Positions 47,121-57,494 of a stretch of 64,000 bases of DNA are shown one piece after another. The first letter of the stretch is position 1. Every line of letters begins with the position of its first letter. The notes under the pieces are model-generated. The model worked only from the letters and a program-made list of their open reading frames with translations. It was not told where the DNA came from and made no database searches. Position numbers and translations under genes: made by a program. The stretch is from Selaginella moellendorffii (lineage: Eukaryota > Plantae > Lycopodiophyta): contig NW_003314323.1 of assembly GCF_000143415.4 (NCBI RefSeq), positions 186,001-250,000 on the forward strand, given 5' to 3'.

Positions 47121-49710
47121 CTGTGTTACGAACACGGCCGGGATCCCGGCCGTGTTCACCGTGTTTCACGAACACGGCCATGGGTCGTGTTCCCACGGCC
47201 GTGTTCGTGAACAGTGGTCCGTGTTACTAACATGGACCATGATCCCGGCGACCACGGCCGGGATCACGGTCCGTGTTAGTAACACGGACCACTGTTCAGA
47301 ATATTCTTGCGCGGAATATTCTGGTTTTAGGGCGCACGGCATCACACGACAATCCAGCCAGGGCGCACCATTTCAGGGCACAGCAGCAGCAATCCAAGGC
47401 AAACAAGCATGGCGCAGCAATCCAGCATACTGCGAAAGCATCCTTCTTTGCGATGGTGGGATGAGGTAAGTGTTCTTGAGAGCAGGGGGCATGGTCACAA
47501 ATTATGGTCATGCAAATACTGCCCAATGGTGAACAAACTGAGTGGTGTTGATCGTCTGCGAGCTCATCTGTTAGGAGAAGGCCCAGGCAGCAAGGATATT
47601 GTGAGTTGTCCTCTCATCCCAGGTAACAAGAAAGCGGATCTGCTCAATATGCAAAAGGTTATTGATTCCGAGAAAGGGGCAAGGGGGAAGAAACGGCCGA
47701 ATGAATCTGGTGGTGCTTCTATGAGAATGGATGGCAATGTCCAAGGATTTCCACCGATGGTATCATCCCAGTCAAGTGGAAGTGGCTGCAGTTCCCTATT
47801 TTTTAGCAAACAGAGTCAAGTCCATATTGTTGATTCGATGGATCCTGAGCAGAAGAACCAAGTTGATGTGGCTATCGGAAGATTTTTCTGGAATGAACAC
47901 ATTCCATTTGTCAAGGCTCGGTCACCTTACTTCCTCAACATGATACAGGAAGTTGCCAGGCATGGTGTGCCTTATGCACCACCAAAATATGATGATCTCC
48001 GGGATAAGCTTTTGGTGAAAGAGAAACGATTCATTGACATTGAGATGGCGTCCTTGAGGAAGCAGTGGGAGCAGAGGGGTGCAACCATATGCGCAGACGG
48101 GTGGGCAGATAGGAGGAATCGGCATATCATGGGGCTTGTGGCATATAGTCAAGGACGAGGAGCTTTTTTGAAGGCTATTGACATTTCCTTAACAGGAAAA
48201 ACAGCTGAAAATACTCTGCGCTGCTGGGAAGAAGGCATTAACATTGTAGGTGCAGAGAACGTTGTCATGGTTGTGACCGATGGGGAAAATGCAAACAAAG
48301 CAACAGCAGCACTTTTGCAACAGAGGTACCCGAAAATTCAATGGGCAGCATGTTTTGCCCATTGCTTGAACAATGCCTTGAAAGACTTCGGTGTACTTCC
48401 ATGGATGGTAACACTTTTGGAGCGTGGAAAGTCTTTGGTGATCTTCGTTAGAAACCACTCTCATATAGTGGCACTGCTGGCGGAGTTTACTCACAAGCGA
48501 TTGTTGCGTTATTGTGATACCAGGTTCGGCTACAACTTCATTATGATGGAGAGGCTGGTGGAGCTCCGAGAAGCTTTACAACAGATGTTCGTATGCCCTG
48601 CGTACAGAGCAAGGCCTGAGTCGAAGTCGAGAGCAGGAAGGGACAGTTATGCAACGGTTTTTGATGACAGTTTCTGGCAACAGGTTAAGGACATGCTAGA
48701 GGTGTCCAAGGATGTTATGCTGCTTCTTCGTGTTGTGGACGGTGATATACCTGCGATTGGAAAGATATATGAGTGCATGAACAGGTTGGATGCAAGTTTA
48801 GAGGAAGGACAGTCGGATTATGGCAGGTACAGGGAACTTCATCAGATCATGTCTAATAGGTGGCATGAGTATCACTCGCTCATGCACTCGGTGGCGTACA
48901 TGTTGGACCCCGAGTTTCAGGAGTATGAAAAGCATGCTAACAGAGAGGTCATGAAGGACTGGAATGCTTATCTGCTGGCCATGTTTACATCCAGTAAGAG
49001 GGATGTGATACGTGATGAGCTTTTAACTTACCGGAGGATAGGAGGCATTTTCAACTCATATGATGCTAAGGCTGATCGCACTAAGAGGGGAGCTGTACGT
49101 TGGTGGGAGGACTATGGTTATGAAACTCCAGCTCTTCAGAAGTTGGCCATTCGAGTTCTAAGTCAGGCATGCTCGTCGTCCTCGGTGGAGAGATTGTTCA
49201 GTACTTTCGAGCATGTTTCTTCAAAAAAGAGGAACAGACTTACCATGGACAGGACAGCGGATCTGGTTTTTGTGGCTTGCAACACCAGGTTGTTAACCTG
49301 CAAAAATGATCGTGATTACGACAAGTTTATAAGCTACAAAGTCCTGGAGACAGTTCCTCATCCTGAAGATGAGCTTGAGTCAAGACAGGAAGAGGAAGAT
49401 GGAGATGATGTCGAAGATCGTGAGGTCGAAGATCATGAGGTTGAAGATGACGATGAGATGCAGGATATTTGAGTAGTTTAAAAGTGTGAAGTAGTTTATG
49501 TGCAAATAAAAATATTAAGAATAATATAATAAAATATAGCATATTCCTATAATAATATAATAAGAAATAGAATATAATTTTTAAATAACATATTCTTAGA
49601 ATATTCAGTAGAATATTCGTGAGCCATCGTGGGCCGTGATCGTGTTCCGTGTTCGGGTTCCTGAAATCTAAGGCTCGTGTTCGTGTTCCGTGTTCGTGTT
49701 CATAACTATG
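47121..49710 (+). mobile_element. hAT-superfamily DNA transposon, structurally complete
   Basis: 8-bp TSD AAAAGAAT (47113-47120, 49711-49718); imperfect TIRs CTGTGTTACGAACACG / CATAGTTATGAACACG; subterminal CCGTGTT/AACACGG repeats. Confidence 0.93.
47409..49472 (+). CDS. hAT transposase (BED-like zinc finger, DUF659-type core, C-terminal dimerisation domain)
   Basis: 687-aa uninterrupted ORF; WSCKYC...RLRAHL; ICADGW, VVTDG, CFAHCLN, SQACSSSSVERLFS, KKRNRL. Confidence 0.93.
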   Translation: MAQQSSILRKHPSLRWWDEVSVLESRGHGHKLWSCKYCPMVNKLSGVDRLRAHLLGEGPGSKDIVSCPLIPGNKKADLLNMQKVIDSEKGARGKKRPNESGGASMRMDGNVQGFPPMVSSQSSGSGCSSLFFSKQSQVHIVDSMDPEQKNQVDVAIGRFFWNEHIPFVKARSPYFLNMIQEVARHGVPYAPPKYDDLRDKLLVKEKRFIDIEMASLRKQWEQRGATICADGWADRRNRHIMGLVAYSQGRGAFLKAIDISLTGKTAENTLRCWEEGINIVGAENVVMVVTDGENANKATAALLQQRYPKIQWAACFAHCLNNALKDFGVLPWMVTLLERGKSLVIFVRNHSHIVALLAEFTHKRLLRYCDTRFGYNFIMMERLVELREALQQMFVCPAYRARPESKSRAGRDSYATVFDDSFWQQVKDMLEVSKDVMLLLRVVDGDIPAIGKIYECMNRLDASLEEGQSDYGRYRELHQIMSNRWHEYHSLMHSVAYMLDPEFQEYEKHANREVMKDWNAYLLAMFTSSKRDVIRDELLTYRRIGGIFNSYDAKADRTKRGAVRWWEDYGYETPALQKLAIRVLSQACSSSSVERLFSTFEHVSSKKRNRLTMDRTADLVFVACNTRLLTCKNDRDYDKFISYKVLETVPHPEDELESRQEEEDGDDVEDREVEDHEVEDDDEMQDI

Positions 49711-50351
49711 AAAAGAATACCTCAAGGAGGGAGGTAGAGATTCAGTGTTGCTTGGTGCAACAATCAACGGATAGGAGCAAAAGATGAGTGGCCAAGATAG
49801 GGCCGTGGAATCCCTTGGAAGGAATCCAAGTAACAAAGTTAAGCGAGGAACACTAATGTGTTGGACGCTAACAAATTGCGGGAAAGGAAGTGCGTTTCCA
49901 AGGATGGATTCCGAATTGCTCCGATTTGGCGAAAGTGGAAGCTCCAAGGGAGGGAACGGTAAGGTAGCCAAATGATAGGGCCATGGATAGCCCTAGCACA
50001 AAGTATGATAAATGGAACTTAGTGCCCAAGGTGGCACGAAATAGAAGAGAGGATGATGGTGCCCTCAAGTAAAGAACTTCCTAGGATGGGGAAGTGGAGT
50101 TGCACAAAATGTGCAATGCAAGGTGTTGGAGACACCTAGGAAATTGACTTCCAGAAGTCAAAGAGTAAAAGTTCCAAGGTGCAAACGTTCCATAGATGGA
50201 AATTGAGACTACTCGAGAAGGAGTAGTGGGATTAACTTAGAGAAGGGTCTCTAAGAGGTTTAACGAGAACTAAACCAATAAAAGGAGAGAACCACTACAT
50301 GTGGTCCAATCAGTCTCTAAGTTGGAAAGACTACCCTCCTTAGAGGATGGG

Positions 50352-50482
50352 CAAGGCATGGTGAGCCTTTAGTGTCAAACCATTGACGAATATGCAGAAG
50401 GCATGGTGAGCCTTCAATGTTAAACCATTGACGAATACGGAGAAGGCATGGTGAGCCTTCAATGTCAGACCATTGACAAATA
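50352..50482. repeat. ~44-bp tandem repeat x3 upstream of the LARD PPT
   Basis: AAGGCATGGTGAGCCTT.A.TGT.AAACCATTGAC.AATA repeated three times. Confidence 0.85.
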
Positions 50483-50779
50483 TTGGCTAGGTGCCAAGGA
50501 TGGAAATGGTAACACATGCGTTACTTTATAAAATGGTTTACCGTTCGATGAGAACATCGAACTTCATCTATGAGTGGTGGAGTTGTGAGACACAAAATCC
50601 CTAGGCCCCAAAGTGGAGCCGGAAAGGGTGCCACGTGGTAGTGGCCGAAGCGAAAGCTAAACGAGTGTAACACGTTTGGACTAAAAGCTCTGACTTGGAA
50701 GGTCGAGAGCGGGAGTGGAACTCCCAACAAAGTGCTCAAGGAGCAAGCACGAAGCGAGCAATAAGCAAGGCTCCAAAAG

Positions 50780-51174
50780 GGGACCCGAGGTGGAGTCCGA
50801 GATGGAGTCCGAGATGGACCCGAGGTGGAGTCCGAGATGGAGTCCGAGATGGACCCGAAGTGGAGTCCGATATAGAGTCTGAGATGAAGTCCGAGATGGA
50901 GTCCGATATGGAGTCCAAGATGGACCCGAAGTGGAGTCCGATATGGAGTCCGAGATGGAGTCCGAGATGGAGTCCGATATGGAGTCCGAGATGGAGTCCG
51001 AGATGGACCCGAGATGGAGTCCGAGATGGACCCGAGATGGAGTCCGAGATGGACCCGAGGTGCAGTCCGAGATGGAGTCCGAGATGGACCCGAGGTGGAG
51101 TCCGAGATGGAGTCTGAGATGGACCCGAGGTGGAGTCCAAGATGGAGTCCGAGATGGAACCGAGACCGGGACCA

Positions 51175-51212
<38 letters not shown>

Positions 51213-51256
51213 TCCGAGTCCGAATCCGGGGCCGAGACCGAGTCCGAGTCCGAGTA
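50780..51256. repeat. Tandem repeat array in 3' LTR (same units as 42527-42947)
   Basis: Directly visible. Confidence 0.95.
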
Positions 51257-54200
51257 CTAATACAAGTAGTTGGGTGAAAGCCCAAAGCGATCGTCCCCCA
51301 GGGGGGGGGGCTGCGGGGGGTTCCAAAAGTATAGTAGGGAGAGTGTGGGGCTTGGAGCCCAGTGGAGCCAATTTGGCCAGGAAAGGCCAGTTTGGCCCAG
51401 GAAGGCCAGACCCAGTGTTGGGTGATGAGCTGACCACTGGGAAGTCCAAGACTAGAGTGAACACAAACCGACAAGTGGGGTAGCTTGGTGAAGTGTTCAA
51501 GAGCCGGCTCTAGTTCCCCTGGGAGATCGACTGGCCGATGCTCCCAGTCCAAGTGTGGGTGGCACTACCTACTTGGATACCAGGCGTGGCTCAACAGAAC
51601 GTCGCTTTAAGCCCATGGCTAGAGCACCCAAGGGCGGAAGGCGGGGAGAGTACCCAGGTGGCTCGCGTAAGGCCACGGTGTTCCGAAATGTTGTCCCAAA
51701 GGCCCAGACTGTGGAAAGGAAGAGGAGCAATCCTCTGGGGTAGTGACCAAGGACATAGTCATGTGGTGAGGAAGTCCCAGAGGACCGTGGGACTTAGTGG
51801 TCGGGCCTACGGGCCTCGATCCAGTGGCAGTGTTGACGAACACGGCCATGGACGAAAAGGGACTTAGTGGGGACTGGAACGGAGATATTGGGGAAGGCTA
51901 ATCCCTATGTTGGTGGGCATCCTAAGGATGCTAAGGAGTGGATCTGGTTGATCACTCATGGATGGATGGCCCAGTCTTTGAGTGACGGGACCGGGATGCA
52001 GGAGGTGTCAGACCATCGTTGTGACCAAGGTGAATGGGCATGGCCTTAGCGTAACAGGCTGATATGTTGGTGGTACCTTGGGGTGTCGGTCATGGGATCG
52101 GACACGTGGAGCACTTGAACCAAGTGCACGAAGTTGAGTGGCGGGGATGCCATTCTCGGGGCTAGTAAACCCAAGTCCAAAATAGGACTTACGGAGGTTG
52201 TGAGTGAGACTCCTCCAAGTGGTCGGAGGTGCGGTTAAGTGACTAAAGCAAAATGGAAAATTTAGTCGCTTACATTTAGCTTTAAACTAACATCGCGTAG
52301 CCAATCCAACACTTTACAAATATCACAAATGTGCTCCTCCCACATCCTCTCCAAGTGGATCAAGACATCATCAATGAAATCAATAGTCACCTCCAGCATA
52401 TCACAAAGAACTTTGTCCATCATCCGCTGAAAAGTTGCTGGAGCATTGTTCAAACCAAAGGGCATCACCAAAAACTCATACAAACTAAATGGTGTACGAA
52501 AAGTAGTCTTTGGAATATCTTCTTCGACCATTGGTACTTGCTAGTACCCAAAAACAAGATTTAAATTGGTGAACTAACGACTTCGCCCCAGACGGTCCAA
52601 GAGATCAGTAATGTGAGGAAGAGGGTACACATCTGGGATCGTCACTTCGTTTAACAGACAATAGTTGATGCAGAAATGAGGCTTTGTCACAAGATGAGGT
52701 TCACATGCCTAAGGACTCCGTGATTTCCGAATAACACCCTTCTCCAACATTTCCTTGACGTTTGTACGTAAAATCTTAATTTCTTTAGGTGATTGATGAC
52801 GAACAGGAACCTGGATTGGACGAGCTTCCCCGGTTGGAATCGGATGATGTGTGGCAATCTTGGCCCTAGACGATAGGTCAAATTTAAAGAGATCAGAATA
52901 CTCCTTCATGAGTCGGTCAACTGCTGCAACACAAAGATGGTCGGAGGGATCGAAAAAGGGAAGAGTAGAACAAGACAGAAACATAGGAGGAGATAGTGGG
53001 GGGAACAAAAGTAAGGGAAGCAGAGGTAAAAGTAAAGGGACGAAGAAGTACGGAAGTGAGAGGAATGGATGAAACATAAGGAAGTATGAGATAAGGGGGA
53101 GAAGCCTCAAAGTCACACTTGGCATGATTGTGCTATAACCAATTCATACCAAAAATGAGGTTAAAAGCTTGACTCAGCACCACCTGCAATGACTGCAACT
53201 CAAGCTCGAGATCGCCCACACGCATAACCATGTCTGCCTCATCCCGTGCAAAATACATGTATACACTCGTTGCCATAAAGAATGAAAATTGGTTTCACCG
53301 CATGACGCAAATGTAGACGGCAACGTGTGGCAACAGGTCGAGCAATAAAAGATAAACTCAAACCTATATCAACCAACACCGAGAGAATAATAGAAGGCCT
53401 TTTGTCATAAAAACGAGCTTGGAAAGTAAACATTAGATGAACCGATGCCGAGTGAACTCCTTGATGATACTCCCGAAACAAAGATGGAGGGGTCATTAGC
53501 TTATTTGCACAAGATACCTCCATTACTCATGTGATTCCTTATTTCCCGAATGCATCTCGGTGTCCAGACCTTCCATTGCAATAGCACCAATGGGATGTTG
53601 CTGATGCCAAGGTCTCCACCCAGGAAATGGAGGTCGCCAATCCAGAAAACGCCGACAATGCTGATAAGTATGGCCAACTTCATCACACGCCCAGTAGCGA
53701 ACATCACGGCCAAGACCACGTCCTTGCCTTTATCCTTGGACGCGAGCACTAGCAGCATCAACCTCTATTGAAATAGGACTATCACTCATAAGAAGTGGAG
53801 TTGAAGGACATGTAGCGAGAAGTGGAAGAAGCAACGTCTCATAATGTTGTGCCAAGCGAAGAGCATCGTCAAGGGTGGCAGGAGCAAGTGCATGTACAAA
53901 TCAGACAAGATCTTGATGAAGTGCTAGCCACAATATTTCTAGTTTGATCCGCTCCAACATATTTGGCTCCACACGAAACAAAAGACTTCGGAAACGAACA
54001 TCAGATTGCATCACCGACTTAGATGGCCCTTGGCAAATACGATGCAATTGTTGGAAAGCATCATCACAATTGTTGGCATGTCCAAATGTGTGTTTAAAGA
54101 TGTCCAGAAGAACACTCCAATCCCCACAAATGGCTGCACTCAAACCATTGCACCATTGTAACACCATCCTTTGGAGACATGTGGGAAACTCACACAAACA

Positions 54201-54864
54201 TCGAGCATCATCCCAAGAATGATATGTGGCAATCACCGTGAAGTGATCAAACCAATAATACACATCATCCCTAAGATTCCCGCAAAATAACTTTAGCCGA
54301 ACGCAAGGATTGGCACCAAGAGTAGGAGGAGTTGTACCACGTGCTGTGAATGCCACCATCAAGTGAGTTTGGTTGTTCAATTGTAAGCGTATAGCATGAA
54401 GCAATTGTACCAACTGCTACTCTAGAGTCAAAGGAGGAGATTGTTGATCTACCATGAAGATGAACGAAAAAGAAAGAGCAAAAGAAGAGAAATGACAAAA
54501 AGTTAGAAGGAAATGGTAGATCTAAACAATACAAAAAACTAAATCTAAACCAAAATACTGAAAGAAAAGAACAAAAGAAAGAAAATGGAAAAAGCTAAAT
54601 CTAGATGATGCAAAGGTTGGATCTAAACCAAAATCCCAAATCTAAACACTCCTTAGGGACAATTAAAGTTGCCCTTCACCTCCACTAATGCAATTGCTTG
54701 AATATGAAAAAGGAATACAGAAAATGTGCATATCAATTAGCCCAAAAAATCCTAGTTTATATATAGGAGTGAATGGTTTGAATTGAAACTAATCAGACAG
54801 CTACCAAAATCCCACTATATTAATATTAATATACGGCATTATAGCTGTACACTTGGCCCTCACA

Positions 54865-54979
54865 ATATATATGTATATATGTATGTATATATGTATGTGT
54901 ATATATGTATATATATATATATGTATATGTATATGTATGTGTATATATATATGTATGTGTGTATATATATGTATGTGTG

Positions 54980-55015
<36 letters not shown>

Positions 55016-55017
55016 TA
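54865..55017. repeat. Compound (TA)n/(TATG)n microsatellite
   Basis: Directly visible; abuts the other Gypsy LTR. Confidence 0.97.
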
Positions 55018-56295
55018 AAAGATCCATTGAATACATTAATTTTTAAAGTAAATATATACTATTATCAAGTTCAGTTTAAGTGAAGGTACAGAAATAGTTA
55101 ATAAGACCCATCTTTTATTGCTTTATGCTTACTTTTAAAGCTGATCTCTAATGCGAAGAAAAAAAAACTGGTAATTGAAATTTAAAGGCAATAAAAATGA
55201 GAAATTTATATTTCTGCATCAATGTTTTGCAATTTTAAAAAAGCAATATTCTTAATTAAAAGTAATTATATTAATGTGGGGGATGCAAAGAAATGAAAGA
55301 ATTTCATAGTGTATCAAAATCCTGTAAACCAAAGTTAGTCCATATCTAATAGAATTGTCACCACCTCTATGAGAAAGCATGGACACATTAGTGGGGAATG
55401 AATCTCAATCTTTAGAACTCTCTCTTTTAGTTTTTGACCATTCATCACTTCTAGTTTTGGAAAATGATTGGAGAGAGGAAATTCTATCACTTTGTCAACT
55501 TCTGGCTCGTGTTGGGTGTGTAATTAGTTGGAGCACATTATTTATATGCACGTAGATCGAGAAGCTGTCTTCTCGCCGAGCACTTCTTCGTACGTCAGTT
55601 TGCCTCAAGATCAACCTTAAGCGATCAATCGATTGCAGGTTCCATCCACCCCCAGGACACACAGATTAAAGCACGAGTCTCTCTCAAAGCAAACCTCGAC
55701 ACCTGGCACCAGTTGATTCAATGCCAAGCTCTGTCTTCCAAGCTGGCTGGCATTGCATGCCAGCAGCTTTCCCTGGAAAACAGTTGGATAGGACAATCTT
55801 TGTTCAGAGGCTCAAGCATTTAGCTGCTTGTCAATCACTTTAATTTACATCGATCTCTTTCGTTTTGTACACTTGATCAGCGTCGATTGTGCAATCACTT
55901 CAAAATTTTGGCAGCCAGCTTCTTGTTTCGTACAAAACTTTGAAAAGTATTAATACTCAGTAATTTATTTGAAATTCTCCTTTCTAGAAGGAGAGTTTTA
56001 TGCGTTCAAGCTGTTTTTCTTTTTTTGACACCAAGCTCTTTTTCTTTTTCTTCTATGAGTTCATCGCTGGAAGTTTGTGATTTCTGCAAGTATCTCTTGA
56101 TTCCATAAAGAAAACCAACCGCAATACAAATTCAAAGAACTTGCTTGCCCCAGAAATACAAACACAGATATTTCAAACTGATAACTGCAAACTTGGAGTT
56201 GGGAACACTATCGCGGACTACAACATCCAAAATGAGTTTATGCTCCATCTGGTTCTGTGTCTCGCATGCAAATCATCGTCTCATGTTTTGGATAT

Positions 56296-57109
56296 TTAAA
56301 ACTTGTTCACAAAACTTTTTAGCGATGACTGCAAAGACTCCTTGGCGAAGTGATCGATGTCCAAGGCCTGCAAATCCACAGACAAAATCCTAAGAAAATC
56401 AATGGAGAGATGGAGAAACCTTGGCACGGATGCAGATGCATGCGACGCGCGAAGCATCATCGACCGAGACGGACGCGTCCTGAACAATCAGCTGGTGTTG
56501 GCGCAGAATCCACAGCACACTCAACAAGAGCCTGGCCTGCATCCTGCAGCTCATGTTGACGAACACATCCGACTTGCATATGTGCAGCCCCAAGCTAGAA
56601 CTCGATCCCGCTGCTGCCGCCATCGCCATCGCATTCCACTTGGGCTTGGAAGGATCCATGGCCGCGCTCTTGCGGTGCTCGAGCAGCATGGATCTCGTCG
56701 CCGACAGCTCCTGGACTTGATTCTTGAGCCATTGAATGAGCTCCATCGTCCCCTGAACCACTCCGCATCGATCCATCTTTCCCGTGCAGCGCAAACAATC
56801 ATTGATGCGAGAGTGATCAAGAAAAGCACAAGTATGGATTGATCAGGATACCTTTGAGGCCTCCGTTGTTGGTAGAAGCGACCTCAGCCGATCATACAGC
56901 CCTTGCAGCTCTTTCCTTCGCTCCCTCTCCGACCATATGTGATTGATCCGCTGCGCGTACGTCCGGGTCTTTCCCTGCGGAAGCATCGCCGGGCCTAACC
57001 CAATGCGCGGATTAATGCTAGTAGCATTCAAGGGGCAAACTCCATGACCCAGAAACACGGGAAGAAACTGATTCAAGCTTGAGCCCTCGCGCCTGACAGG
57101 CTTCACCAT
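56296..57109 (-). CDS. bHLH transcription factor, ZHOUPI/bHLH95-like (divergent paralog B), 3 exons
   Basis: HIWSERERRKELQGLYDRLRSLLP..K|MDRCGVVQGTMELIQWLKNQVQEL; LGLHICKSDVFVNMSC; exon 3 ALDIDHFAKESLQSSLKSFVNKF*. Confidence 0.85.
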
Positions 57110-57419
57110 GGATCGTAAACTTACACTCGAATGTGGTCGTCTAGACGAGAAACTCTCGCCCTCAAGAACTTACACTGGCTATTGCAATCAAGAAGGGCTT
57201 TCTCTCCTCATCTTCTCGAGCCACCTTTCGTTGGTGTAGTTCTGAAACGATCAGCGTGGATGTTGGATACTACGCAACATCTATGCCGAGCATACATTTG
57301 CTTTTGCCAGCCAGCACAAGACACGGTTATGATTGATAATCTCTTTAATGCCAAACAATAATCGAACCACTTTATTTTGATGAAATAGATTGGCAAGAAA
57401 GAGATGCTCTTTAATATCT

Positions 57420-57432
57420 CCTCTCCTCTCTT

Positions 57433-57492
<60 letters not shown>

Positions 57493-57493
57493 A
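57420..57493. repeat. (CT)n/(GA)n microsatellite
   Basis: Directly visible. Confidence 0.95.
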
Positions 57494-57494
57494 C

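Larger units (their letters stand above)
42330..52274 (+). mobile_element. Large non-autonomous LTR retroelement (LARD-like)
   Basis: Near-identical LTRs 42330-43982 and 50584-52274 (TGT..ACA); PBS TGGTATCGGAG at ~43986; PPT before 50584; TSD TTTAG; no long ORF of its own; splits the host Gypsy RT. Confidence 0.92.
39368..54864 (-). mobile_element. Degenerate Ty3/Gypsy LTR retrotransposon (host of nested insertions)
   Basis: ~175-bp diverged LTRs 39368-39542 and 54689-54864 (TG..CA); PPT next to 39543; gag 54413-53650 with decayed CCHC; protease VLVDIG ~53370; RT (KTTFRTPFSLYEFLVMPFGLNNAPATFQR, FIDDVL); RNase H 42067-41672; integrase (SAYHPQSDGLVER, WKGPY) 41398-39749; many stops. Confidence 0.93.

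Noticed and set aside
55738-55770. Small inverted repeat (AAGCTGGCTGGCA..TGCCAGCAGCTT)
   Set aside because: Stem too short for a miRNA precursor; no other support
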